NCBI GenBank assembly: GCA_963700635.1
Contig: CAVOYH010000001.1
Location: 320,001-384,000, forward strand
Direction of reading: 5' to 3'
Source of the DNA: an uncultured Bacteroidota bacterium
Lineage (GTDB): Bacteria > Bacteroidota > Ignavibacteria > UBA10030 > UBA6906
DNA length: 64,000 nt
Under the pieces are notes generated by a model. The model was not told where the DNA came from and made no database searches. It saw only the letters and a program-made list of their open reading frames with translations. Below, in pieces: positions 18,435 through 28,119 of this stretch (positions are counted from its first letter, which is position 1; every line of letters begins with the position of its first letter). The position numbers and the translations under genes were made by a program.

Positions 18435-19813
18435 TTACGGGGCGGAGAGCCCCCGGATTTCGCCCTCAAAACGTGATACAAGATCACGGGCGGCTTCAGC
18501 CGTGCCCGCTTCGCCGATGATTCGGACGATCGGTTCGGTGTTGGATTTCCGTAAATGCACCCACGAATCGGGAAAGTCGATTTTGATCCCGTCATCGGTA
18601 TTGACTCGTCCGCTCCGGGCGTGGCGGGTTTTTATGATCTCCAGCACTTCATCGGGTGGAACACCTTTTAGCTCAATTTTTCCCTTGGCAATCGCATACT
18701 GGGGCAAGCCGGCCTTCAGCTGACTCAACGTTCCACCATCCTCGGCGAGCGCCTGGAGGATAAGCGCTATGCCCACAATCGCGTCCCGGCCATAATGCAA
18801 CCCGGGGAAGATCACACCCCCGCTTCCTTCGCCTCCCACGACGGCCCCCAGCGTCTTCATGGCTTTGGCCACATTAATTTCGCCGACCGGCGTGCGCACT
18901 GACTGCGCGCCCGAGCGTCGGGCAATATCATCAATCGCGCGTGTTGTAGAGAGATTGACGACCACCGTTGCGTCCTTCTTTTTCACGCTGCGGAGCACAA
19001 AATCAACAACCGTCGCAATCGTGTACTCTTCCCCGTAGGGTTCACCCTTTTCGTTGATCAGCACGAGCCGGTCGACATCGGGATCAACGGCAATCCCGAG
19101 GTCGGCGCGTTCCGAACGAACCCGGGTGGCCAGGCCGGTGAGATTCTCGGGTATCGGTTCGGGGGTGTGGCTGAAGATCCCTCCAACATCACAAGCCATT
19201 TCAACGACCTCACAGCCAAGTTCTCGCAGGAGCAGGGGAACGATAGCTCCCCCGGCGGCGTCAACACAGTCAACAACCACCCGAAAACGCCGTTTCCGGA
19301 TTACATCCCGCCGTACAAGTGGGAGATTCAAAACCATCGTCATGTGTTTCTGAATCCATGTCGTGTCATGTACGACCTTCCCGATGAGGTCCCAACTGAC
19401 AAAGGGGTGGGGTCTTTCGGCAAGAGCCCAGAACGCCGCATTTTCTTCTGGATCGAGGAAGAGTCCGGTGGAGGCCATAAACTTCATCCCATTCCATTGT
19501 ATGGGATTATGGCTTGCCGTGACACTGATCCCCCCGGCAGCGTGTTCATGTTCGACCGCGAGCTGCACGGTGGGTGTTGGACAAATGCCGATGTCCTGCA
19601 CGTGAACCCCGCTCATGGAGAGAGTCGAGATGATCAGGTCGGCAATTGCCCCCCTGTGATGCGTCCGTCCCGACCCACCACGACTCTGGGTACTCCGGGC
19701 TGATCCTTCCGGCAATAGGCACCGAATGCCGCGACGTAGCGCATGATGACCTCGGGGGTCAAACTTTCTCCGACTATCCCCCTGATCCCTGATATACTTA
19801 CCATCAAAGCCAT
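18435..19813 (-). CDS. glmM: Phosphoglucosamine mutase / phosphomannomutase (frameshift at C6 tract 19649-19654)
   Basis: The N-terminus 'MALMVSISGIRG...VGRDGR' is in one frame; TASHNP, DPDVDR, GGEGSGG and RKSNTEP are in another. One extra G in the G6 run joins them. Confidence 0.85.
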
Positions 19814-19942
19814 ACTTTTCCGTCTTCCGTGGCTGTTTTTCCGCTGAAGAATGTAGTTAAGCACCTTTTGAGAAGCAAGGTTACCTTGAAACTCTCTGCC
19901 GATTTGATTACGTTTACACGACATTCGAGGAGAGTCTGGAGT

Positions 19943-20527
19943 ATGTTTACGCCGGCCGAACGACGGGCGTTGACGACCCTGGCCCGGCGCGCCATCTGCG
20001 ACGAGATGCACAGCCGCCATCCGGCGTTTGTGCACTCCCCGGGAACGGGCGAGGGAGACGCCGGTGCCACCGGAGATCGCCTGAATGGTCCCGGCGCGGC
20101 CTTCGTAACGCTGCATCTGGGCGGGGAACTCAGGGGGTGTATTGGCTATATTGAATATCCGGGCCTGCTTCGAAGTGCGGTCGATGAAGTTGCACGAAAG
20201 GCGGCGTTTGAAGATCCGCGGTTCCCCCCTCTGACGCCGGATGAAATCGGGCTGGTGGAGATCCAGATCTCCGTCCTTTCTCCGCTCAGGCGAATTCAGG
20301 GATCCGAAGAGATTCAGATCGGAATCGATGGCCTTGTGGTGGAGCTGGGGAGGCGCCGTGGGTTGCTGCTTCCGCAGGTGGCAACACAATATTGCTGGTC
20401 AGCGGAGGAGTTTCTGGAGAACACCGCACGAAAAGCCGGCCTTCCCCCCGATGCGTGGCGGGATGCGAAAGCAGAAATCTATGCGTTCTCCGCCGAGGTC
20501 TTTTCAGAGGAGTCAGAACAGGTGTGA
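19943..20527 (+). CDS. amrA: AmmeMemoRadiSam system protein A (AMMECR1 domain)
   Basis: AFVTL..GELRGCIG, AAFEDPRFPPL, ISVLSPL, GLLLPQVA and KAGL motifs; GAGGAG SD. Confidence 0.93.
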   Translation: MFTPAERRALTTLARRAICDEMHSRHPAFVHSPGTGEGDAGATGDRLNGPGAAFVTLHLGGELRGCIGYIEYPGLLRSAVDEVARKAAFEDPRFPPLTPDEIGLVEIQISVLSPLRRIQGSEEIQIGIDGLVVELGRRRGLLLPQVATQYCWSAEEFLENTARKAGLPPDAWRDAKAEIYAFSAEVFSEESEQV

Positions 20528-21372
20528 CCGGTAAGACCAGCACCATACGAAGGCCAACGGTGGCGGGGATGTTTTATCCAGCTTCCCCCTCAATACTTGA
20601 ACGCGACGTGCGGGATATGATTTCCGCCTCACCAAGACTCGTAGAGGCGGACTCCATTGTGGGCATCATTGCGCCGCATGCGGGATACCTCTATTCAGGG
20701 AAAACTGCAGCACGGGCATACGCCCAGCTTGCCGGGAACCGGCGTAATGTTGTTGTGGTCGTCTCTCCGAGCCACCGAGACTATTTTGATGGCATCAGCG
20801 TGTATCCCGGTGATGCCTATGCCACCCCGCTCGGCGAGGTTCCGGTCGATGTGGAATTGAGGAGCCGGCTCGTGAAGGAGTCGTCTGTGATCATGTCCAC
20901 TGCAGGTCATGGCGAGGAGCACGCGCTGGAGGTCCAGCTTCCGTTTCTTCAATACGTTCTCGGGTCTTTCACGTTACTCCCGCTGGTTATCGGAAATCAA
21001 TCGCGGGAACAGTGTTTTGCCCTTGGAGAGATCCTCGCGCGTCTGGTGGAAGGGAAAAGTGTGCTGCTCGTTGCGAGCACGGATCTCTCACATTTCCATC
21101 CGGCCAGTGCCGGAACACGCCTGGATGCAGTCGTTGTCCGGGATCTGGAGATGTTTGATGCCGAGATGCTGATGAGTGACCTGGAAGCCGGTCGGGCCGA
21201 GGCATGCGGTGGCGGACCCGCGGTTGCAGTAATGGTTGCATGCCGTCTGCTGGGCGCCCGGACAATTCGCGTGTTACACCGTGCACATTCAGGTGAGATT
21301 ACGGGCGATAACGAAAGTGTCGTCGGGTATCTGACCGCTGTTATTCAACTTCCTGTGGCTGATGCCCAATGA
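20524..21372 (+). CDS. amrB: AmmeMemoRadiSam system protein B (Memo-like)
   Basis: RRPTVAGMFYP, APHAGYLYSG, SPSH, EHALEVQLPFLQ, ASTDLSH, ACG and VVGY motifs. The GTG start overlaps the amrA stop. Confidence 0.93.
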   Translation: MTGKTSTIRRPTVAGMFYPASPSILERDVRDMISASPRLVEADSIVGIIAPHAGYLYSGKTAARAYAQLAGNRRNVVVVVSPSHRDYFDGISVYPGDAYATPLGEVPVDVELRSRLVKESSVIMSTAGHGEEHALEVQLPFLQYVLGSFTLLPLVIGNQSREQCFALGEILARLVEGKSVLLVASTDLSHFHPASAGTRLDAVVVRDLEMFDAEMLMSDLEAGRAEACGGGPAVAVMVACRLLGARTIRVLHRAHSGEITGDNESVVGYLTAVIQLPVADAQ

Positions 21373-22295
21373 AAAAAACCATCTGGCGTGCCGCGGTGAT
21401 AGGGGCGGGAAACGTAGGCACGACGTTAGGAAGAATCCTGGTGGAGGAAGGTCACCACGTCGAGTGCGTACTCTCACGCACGCTCACGTCGGCACGGGCA
21501 GCAGGAAAATTCATAGGATGCCGGACGGTCTCCACCGACCTCACCACACTCCCCCCTCGCGTGAATTTGATCATCATTGCCACTCCGCACAGCGCCGTTC
21601 TGGATGTTGCCAGGAGTCTGTCCCGGCTGGACCGGTCGTTCCGGGGTGTGGCGGTCTGTCATGCCAGCGGAATGCTGACCGCCGCGGCGCTTGACCCATT
21701 AAAGAGCAGGGGTGCCACGGTGTTCTCGTTTCATCCCCTGCAGACATTCCCGCGGACGTTTTCCCCGAAAGCCGTTCTGCCGAATGTACGCAACATCTAT
21801 TATGGCGTTGACGGTCCGGTCGCAGGCCTGAAAGCGGCACGATCCCTGGCCCGCGCCCTCCGGGGACATGTGTTTCTTGTTCCGCCCGAAATGCGCGAGT
21901 TGTACCACGCGGCGTGTGTGATGGCTTCAAATCATCTCACAACGCTCCTGGGGGTTCTGGAAGCCATGTACCGGCGGCTCGATCCTCACGGGAACGATGC
22001 GCTTCGTATCTTTTATCCCATCATCATGGCGACGATATCCAACATCCGCGCCAGCTCAGCGGAGGAAGCACTCACCGGACCAATTGCGCGGGGTGGAGTG
22101 GAAACCGTTGCACGCCACATGGACGCACTCGTCCGGTTTGCCCCAGAAGCTTTGCCGTTATACGTTACCATGTCCGCGGAGACCGTCCGATGGGCGGCCG
22201 CACAGGGAATCCTTTCCGAAACACAGCAGAACGATCTGCATCAGCTACTGAAAAGCCACACAACCACCGAAGGGCAACCGCAGGGACCATCATGA
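21369..22295 (+). CDS. Rossmann-like/DUF2520 oxidoreductase (PanG-like)
   Basis: IGAGNVG, HASG, FHPLQTF, YHAACVMASN and LTGPIARG motifs. Confidence 0.85.
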   Translation: MKKTIWRAAVIGAGNVGTTLGRILVEEGHHVECVLSRTLTSARAAGKFIGCRTVSTDLTTLPPRVNLIIIATPHSAVLDVARSLSRLDRSFRGVAVCHASGMLTAAALDPLKSRGATVFSFHPLQTFPRTFSPKAVLPNVRNIYYGVDGPVAGLKAARSLARALRGHVFLVPPEMRELYHAACVMASNHLTTLLGVLEAMYRRLDPHGNDALRIFYPIIMATISNIRASSAEEALTGPIARGGVETVARHMDALVRFAPEALPLYVTMSAETVRWAAAQGILSETQQNDLHQLLKSHTTTEGQPQGPS

Positions 22296-23356
22296 AAGCA
22301 CTTATCGCGAGCGGGGGCAGGGGAACACGACTGCGCCCGATTACGCATACCCAAAATAAGCATCTTATCCCGATAGCCAACAAACCCATCCTGCACTATG
22401 CGATCGAAGCCGCCGTGCAGGCGGGCATCACGGAAGTGGGCGTGGTGATCAATGCCGACAGTGATGAAGTCCCCCGTGCGATAGGCGACGGATCACGATG
22501 GGGAATCCACATTGTGTATATCCCGCAGCTGACGCCGGGGGGGCTGGCACAGGTGGTTGCGCTTGCGGAGGACTTTGTGGGAAAGGACAAGTTCATCTTT
22601 TATCTTGGCGACAATATGGTGGTCGGCGGCGTCAGGAAGTTTATCGATGACTTCGAAAAGAGCGACAGCAATTGCTTCCTGACGCTCGCAAAGGTGAAGG
22701 ATCCAGAACGATTTGGCGTACCAGAGATCCGTGACGGCCGGATCGTGGGGGTCCAGGAGAAACCAAAACATCCGAAAAGCTCGTATGCGGTGGCAGGGAT
22801 CTACCTGTACGACCGGCATATCTTTGAGGCCGTCAAGGCCATCAAACCGAGCGATCGGGGTGAACTCGAGATCTCCGATGCGCATCAGTATCTCATCGAC
22901 AACGGTTTCCGTGTCGGGTATACGGAGATCACCGGATGGTGGAAAGATACGGGGAAACCAACGGATCTTCTGGAGGCCAACCGGCTTGTGCTGGACAATA
23001 TCAGCCCGGCGAACGAGGGTACGGTTGACGACCGCTCCACGATTTCGGGCAAAGTAATCATTCAAAAAGGTGCACGCATCATCAACAGCGTGGTGCGTGG
23101 CCCGGCGATCATCGGCGAAGAGTGTGTCATAGAGGATTCGTATGTCGGCCCCTTCTCGTCCATCGGAAGCCATACCATCGTGCGGAAGAGCGAGATAGAA
23201 TACAGCATCATTCTCCGGGAGTGCAGGATCCTGAATGTCGGAATCCGGCTGGAAGGTAGTATTCTCGGAAACGACGTGGAAATTGTTGAAGCGAGCGGAA
23301 AACCACTTGTGCACCGATTTATGATCGGCGATCAGAGCCGGGTGGAAGTTGTGTGA
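22292..23356 (+). CDS. Glucose-1-phosphate thymidylyltransferase, long form
   Basis: GGRGTRLRPITHT.NKHLIPIANKP, YLGDN, QEKP, RGELEISDA and WWKDTG motifs; C-terminal hexapeptide beta-helix. Confidence 0.9.
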   Translation: MKALIASGGRGTRLRPITHTQNKHLIPIANKPILHYAIEAAVQAGITEVGVVINADSDEVPRAIGDGSRWGIHIVYIPQLTPGGLAQVVALAEDFVGKDKFIFYLGDNMVVGGVRKFIDDFEKSDSNCFLTLAKVKDPERFGVPEIRDGRIVGVQEKPKHPKSSYAVAGIYLYDRHIFEAVKAIKPSDRGELEISDAHQYLIDNGFRVGYTEITGWWKDTGKPTDLLEANRLVLDNISPANEGTVDDRSTISGKVIIQKGARIINSVVRGPAIIGEECVIEDSYVGPFSSIGSHTIVRKSEIEYSIILRECRILNVGIRLEGSILGNDVEIVEASGKPLVHRFMIGDQSRVEVV

Positions 23357-23413
23357 CCGAATACTCCCGAACATGATACCAATTGAACCGAGAAAAAGGG
23401 GAGGGTGGAAACT

Positions 23414-24196
23414 ATGAAACTGCAGACATTACTCGTGGAGATCAAGGAGGGAGTGGCCTTTGTGACCATCAACCGGCCGGACAAGCTGAATGCCCTGAAT
23501 GCCGCCGCAAAGCGGGAACTGCAGGACGTGATGCGCACTCTGCGTGATGATCCTGCGGTGGCCGTCGTGGTGCTCACCGGGGCAGGCGAAAAGGCCTTTG
23601 TGGCGGGCACGGACATCGAAGAACTCACCTCGCTCGGGACAGCTACGGGCGAAGAATTCTCGCGCGAGGGACAGAAAGTTTTTGATCTCATTGAATCACT
23701 GGGGAAACCCGTCATTGCCGCGGTGAACGGATACGCCCTCGGGGGGGGATGTGAACTGGCCATGGCCTGTACGCTCCGTATTGCTTCCGAACGCGCCAAA
23801 TTCGGACAGCCCGAGGTCAACCTTGGCGTTATCCCGGGATATGGAGGTACACAGAGGCTTCCCCGGCTTATCGGGAAGGGGAAAGCTCTTGAGATGATTC
23901 TTACGGGCGCTCCCATCGGGGCGGATGAAGCGTTGCGTCTCGGTCTTGTCAACAGTGTAGTTCCCGCCGGGGAACTACTTCATGCCGCGGATACCCTTGC
24001 ACGCACGATTGCGGCAAAAAGCCGTCCGGCTGTCAGGTTGGCCCTGGACGCGGTCCAGAATTCCGCGGAACATTCACTCCGTGACGGACAGGCGAAAGAG
24101 GCCGCGCTTTTCGGCGAAGCGTGTGGGACGGAAGACTTCCGCGAAGGAACCAGAGCGTTTCTTGAGAAGCGGCCTCCGGCATTCCGCTCGTTATGA
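23414..24196 (+). CDS. Enoyl-CoA hydratase/crotonase
   Basis: INRPDKLNALN, AFVAGTDI, NGYALGGGCELAMAC and QPEVNLGVIPGYGGTQRL motifs. Confidence 0.93.
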   Translation: MKLQTLLVEIKEGVAFVTINRPDKLNALNAAAKRELQDVMRTLRDDPAVAVVVLTGAGEKAFVAGTDIEELTSLGTATGEEFSREGQKVFDLIESLGKPVIAAVNGYALGGGCELAMACTLRIASERAKFGQPEVNLGVIPGYGGTQRLPRLIGKGKALEMILTGAPIGADEALRLGLVNSVVPAGELLHAADTLARTIAAKSRPAVRLALDAVQNSAEHSLRDGQAKEAALFGEACGTEDFREGTRAFLEKRPPAFRSL

Positions 24197-24657
24197 ACAG
24201 GATACGATCGTCACACTCGCTGCGAAGACGTCTCTACTTTCTAGCTGCTCTGGGCCTGACGGTTCTCCTCCTTGTCGGGTTGGCTTCTCTGGTTGAAAAG
24301 ACGCCAGCCGTTCCGGATCCGGGTTCCGGTCCGAAAGAGGAGAAGCGGGTGGCGGCTACAGGCTCAATCGAGCAACACATCTACGCTGTGTGTGCAGAGT
24401 TTGGCATCTCACAGAAGTTCATCCGGTCCCGCAAAGTCAGGAACCAGGCCGGACGCGTCCTCCGGATGGAACGCCGCATTACGGTTCCCCGTGATTTCTC
24501 GTCATACGAATTTAACAGCGCCCTGAACCGCCGGGTTGACCTCCTGGGTGCTCGTGTGATGGGCACCGAACATTCCCGCAATCACACTGTAACGTTGCAG
24601 GTGATCCAGGGCGACAGCACGCTTGAAACGGTAATCTTGGAAATACGACAACAATAG
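24193..24657 (+). CDS. Hypothetical membrane-anchored protein
   Basis: 154-aa ORF with ATGA coupling to the upstream gene and a single N-terminal TM helix. Confidence 0.65.
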   Translation: MNRIRSSHSLRRRLYFLAALGLTVLLLVGLASLVEKTPAVPDPGSGPKEEKRVAATGSIEQHIYAVCAEFGISQKFIRSRKVRNQAGRVLRMERRITVPRDFSSYEFNSALNRRVDLLGARVMGTEHSRNHTVTLQVIQGDSTLETVILEIRQQ

Positions 24658-24694
24658 ACAGCACGGAAGGAGTACTACCATTAGCACGGACCTT

Positions 24695-26023
24695 ATGGAA
24701 AAACTTGTCTCGCTTTCAAAGCGACGAGGGTTTGTATTTCAATCAAGCGAGATCTACGGCGGATTAAACGGGTGCTGGGACTATGGTCCTCTCGGCGTTG
24801 AACTCCTTCGCAACATCAAGGAGCAATGGTGGCAGTCCATGACCTACCGGGAGGATGTCGAGGGGCTGGATGCATCCATTCTGATGCACCCGAAGGTGTG
24901 GGAGGCTTCCGGGCATGTTGAGAACTTTACCGACCCCATGGTGGACTGCCGCGAATGTAAGGCCCGTTTTCGGGCCGACCAGATTGAAGACGCCATGTGC
25001 GGAAGCCCCGCATACAAAGGTCGGAAGGCTTCCAAATGCCAGGCGGAGGGAAAATTTACCGAGGCACGGCAGTTTAATCTGATGTTCAAGACCTTTGTCG
25101 GACCGGTCGAAGATGCCGGTGCGGTGGTGTATCTGAGGCCTGAAACCGCGCAGGGGATCTTTGTGAATTTCTTGAACGTCCAGACCGCGTCACGCCAGAA
25201 AGTACCTTTTGGAATCGCCCAGGTCGGCAAAGCTTTTCGAAACGAGATTAACACAAAGAACTTTCTCTTCCGGACGCGTGAATTTGAGCAGATGGAGATG
25301 CAGTTCTTCGTCAAGCCGGGTGCCGACGTCGAATGGTTCAATTACTGGAAGGAGGAGCGGATCGCGTGGTTCCGGGGGCTGGGCATGCGTGAGGATCTCC
25401 TCCGGTTCCACCAGCACGAGCCGGACAAACTCGCGCACTATGCAAAAGATGCATACGACATCGAGTACAAGTTCCCATTCGGTTGGGGGGAGATAGAGGG
25501 AATTCATAACCGTACGGACTACGACCTTTCACGGCATGAGCAGTTCTCGGGGAAGGCCATGAAGTATTTTGAAGAGCAGGGGAAAGAGAAATTTACTCCG
25601 TTTATCATCGAGACATCTGCAGGAGCAAGCCGTTCCTTCATGGCTTTTCTGGTGGATGCGTACCGTGAAGAGGAAGCACCGACAGCTGACGGCAAGACGG
25701 AGACGCGCGTGGTCATGAAGTTCCATCCCAAGCTCGCCCCGCTCAAGGCAGCCATCTTTCCTCTTGTCAATCGCGACGGGATGCCCGAGATTGCAAAGAA
25801 GATCGAAATGGATCTGCGTCCGCATTTCCGGGTATTCTATGATGACAGCGGAGCGGTTGGCCGGCGTTACAGACGCCAGGATGAGGTCGGAACACCATTC
25901 TGCTTCACTGTCGATTCGCAAACACTCACGGATCAGACGGTCACAGTCCGGGAGCGCGACTCCATGCGCCAGGAACGTCTGGCGATACCCGCACTGCTTC
26001 CATATTTGCGTGAAAGGCTCTGA
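24695..26023 (+). CDS. glyQS: Glycine--tRNA ligase (alpha2 type)
   Basis: SSEIYGG, YLRPETAQGIF, FRNEI...FRTREFEQME and GRRYRRQDEVGTP motifs. Confidence 0.98.
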   Translation: MEKLVSLSKRRGFVFQSSEIYGGLNGCWDYGPLGVELLRNIKEQWWQSMTYREDVEGLDASILMHPKVWEASGHVENFTDPMVDCRECKARFRADQIEDAMCGSPAYKGRKASKCQAEGKFTEARQFNLMFKTFVGPVEDAGAVVYLRPETAQGIFVNFLNVQTASRQKVPFGIAQVGKAFRNEINTKNFLFRTREFEQMEMQFFVKPGADVEWFNYWKEERIAWFRGLGMREDLLRFHQHEPDKLAHYAKDAYDIEYKFPFGWGEIEGIHNRTDYDLSRHEQFSGKAMKYFEEQGKEKFTPFIIETSAGASRSFMAFLVDAYREEEAPTADGKTETRVVMKFHPKLAPLKAAIFPLVNRDGMPEIAKKIEMDLRPHFRVFYDDSGAVGRRYRRQDEVGTPFCFTVDSQTLTDQTVTVRERDSMRQERLAIPALLPYLRERL

Positions 26024-26033
26024 CGGGTGCTTT

Positions 26034-26963
26034 ATGCGTGAAACGGTCCGCTTTATTTTTCTGTCCCGTCACGGAGACATCCGGGCAGGCTGGAGAATCC
26101 TTCTGTTTCTGGTCTGCCTCGCAGCCATTGGATTTGTTCTGGTTGCTGGCGTCGGACGGTTCATCGGCGGGATCTCCGTGGTTGATGTGTTCCTCGGGCT
26201 TTTCACTGCCCTTGCTGCTTCCTGGATACTCATCCGGTTAATCAACAAAAAACCTTTCTCCGCAATCGGGCTCTGGGTTCACCCGCGGGCAGCGAGAGAA
26301 CTCGGAATCGGCATGCTGATTGGCTTCCTGATGATGTCCGGCATTTTTGTTATCCAGTTTGCGGCCGGGTATCTGACCGTGACATGGCGGGCGCTTGCCT
26401 GGAATGAAGTGGGGATCACCGTGCTCTTCTCCATGGCGTTCTTTGCGCCGGCGGCTGCGACCGAAGAGCTTCTGTTCCGCGGCTATCCGTTTCAAACGCT
26501 GGCACAGGGTATCACCATGCTTCCTGCAGTACTCGTGATGTCCGGGCTGTTTGCTCTTGTGCACACCCAGAACCCGAACGCTACGATTCTCAGCAGCGCT
26601 AACGTGGCGCTTGCCGGCATCTGGCTTTCTCTGGCATACTTGAAAACACGGGGGCTCTGGCTCCCGTTTGGCCTTCATCTTTCGTGGAATTTCACGCAGA
26701 CGACAGTCTATGGTTTTCCTACAAGCGGAATCGCGTTCGCAGACCGCCGGCTCTGGTCCACGGTACCCGACGGTCCGGATTGGGTCACCGGCGGTGCATT
26801 TGGTCCCGAAGGCGGCGTACTTGCGACGGTCGCGATTCTTGTGGGCACCTGGTACATAGTGAAATCACAATACCTTGTTGCGCCCGAAGGGATCATCACG
26901 CTGGATTCCGTAGAAGATATTCTGCCTCCCGTTCCCAGGCCCGACCCGGAGACCCGCCCATGA
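26034..26963 (+). CDS. CPBP (CAAX/Abi) intramembrane metalloprotease
   Basis: EELLFRGY, FALVH..N, HLSWNF and GGAFGPEG motifs; multiple TM helices. Confidence 0.92.
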   Translation: MRETVRFIFLSRHGDIRAGWRILLFLVCLAAIGFVLVAGVGRFIGGISVVDVFLGLFTALAASWILIRLINKKPFSAIGLWVHPRAARELGIGMLIGFLMMSGIFVIQFAAGYLTVTWRALAWNEVGITVLFSMAFFAPAAATEELLFRGYPFQTLAQGITMLPAVLVMSGLFALVHTQNPNATILSSANVALAGIWLSLAYLKTRGLWLPFGLHLSWNFTQTTVYGFPTSGIAFADRRLWSTVPDGPDWVTGGAFGPEGGVLATVAILVGTWYIVKSQYLVAPEGIITLDSVEDILPPVPRPDPETRP

Positions 26964-28108
26964 TGCGGTGGTTGTTCCTGTCGGTTGCCGTGTGCGTGGG
27001 TCCGTCTGCACACACTCAGATTTCCGGAGATTCGCTTTTCGAAGCCGCGACCCGGAGGGGAATCGAGAATGTGTACAACCTGGAATTTGAAAAAGCCGAG
27101 GCGGAATTCTCCACGTTGGTGGCACTCCGACCAGGTCATCCAGCCGGTCCTTTCTTCCATGCGATGGTGACCTGGTGGAGAATCATGGTGGATATGGAGA
27201 ACCGTCAGTATGACGAGGGGTTCTACGAAACTCTTGAGTCGGTGGTGGCGATGTGCGATTCGATGCTCGGGCAGGATGAGAATGACATCGAGGCAATTTT
27301 TTTCAAAGGCGGCGCGATCGGTTTTGAGGGGCGTTTACGGTTCCATCGTGATGATTGGCTTGCGGCGGCGAATGCGGGACGGAAAGCGCTACCACTTGTC
27401 CGGCGTGCAAACGACCTGGATCCGACGAACTACGATATCTATCTGGGGACGGGTATCTATAATTATTATGCGAGTGTGATCCCCGAGGAATACCCGGTAG
27501 TCAAACCGCTGCTGCTCTTCATCCCGGCGGGCGACAAGAAGAAGGGGCTGCGTGATCTGACCACTGCCGGTGAGAGGGCGCGCTACGCTGCGGTCGAGTC
27601 CATGTATTTCCTGATGCAGATCTACTATATGTACGAACGCGATTATGCCAAGGCACTCGCGCTCGCGGATACGCTCCATACGCGGTTTCCGGGAAACATG
27701 GTATTTCACAAATATCTCGGGCGGTGTCTTGTCGTGATGGGAAACTATCAGCGCGCCGAGGAGACCTTCCAGGCCGTCCTTACCAAGGTGCGGCAGGGGG
27801 CGCGCGGGTACTCGAAGGGTGTCGAACGCGAGTCCATGTATTACCTGGGTACCTGTGCTCTGGAAATGCGGCGGCTGGATGACGCGCTGGGTCATCTGTA
27901 CCGATGCGACGAACTGAGTCGCACCCTGGATGCTCGCGAACCGTCAGGTTTTATGACAATGGCAAATCTGAAAATCGGGATGGTGTATGATCTGCAGGGG
28001 CGCCATGATCTGGCAAAGCAGCAGTATACGAAGGTGCTCTCACTGCCATCATATAAAGACACCCATGTTCAGGCAGAGCGGTATCTGAAAAAACCGTACG
28101 CACAATAA
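26960..28108 (+). CDS. Exported TPR protein (possibly IML2/TTC39-like)
   Basis: Signal peptide, all-helical TPR-like repeats, 'GIENVYNLEFEKAEAEF' and 'YLGTGIYNYY' segments. Confidence 0.7.
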   Translation: MMRWLFLSVAVCVGPSAHTQISGDSLFEAATRRGIENVYNLEFEKAEAEFSTLVALRPGHPAGPFFHAMVTWWRIMVDMENRQYDEGFYETLESVVAMCDSMLGQDENDIEAIFFKGGAIGFEGRLRFHRDDWLAAANAGRKALPLVRRANDLDPTNYDIYLGTGIYNYYASVIPEEYPVVKPLLLFIPAGDKKKGLRDLTTAGERARYAAVESMYFLMQIYYMYERDYAKALALADTLHTRFPGNMVFHKYLGRCLVVMGNYQRAEETFQAVLTKVRQGARGYSKGVERESMYYLGTCALEMRRLDDALGHLYRCDELSRTLDAREPSGFMTMANLKIGMVYDLQGRHDLAKQQYTKVLSLPSYKDTHVQAERYLKKPYAQ

Positions 28109-28119
28109 CCGGCCCCCTC

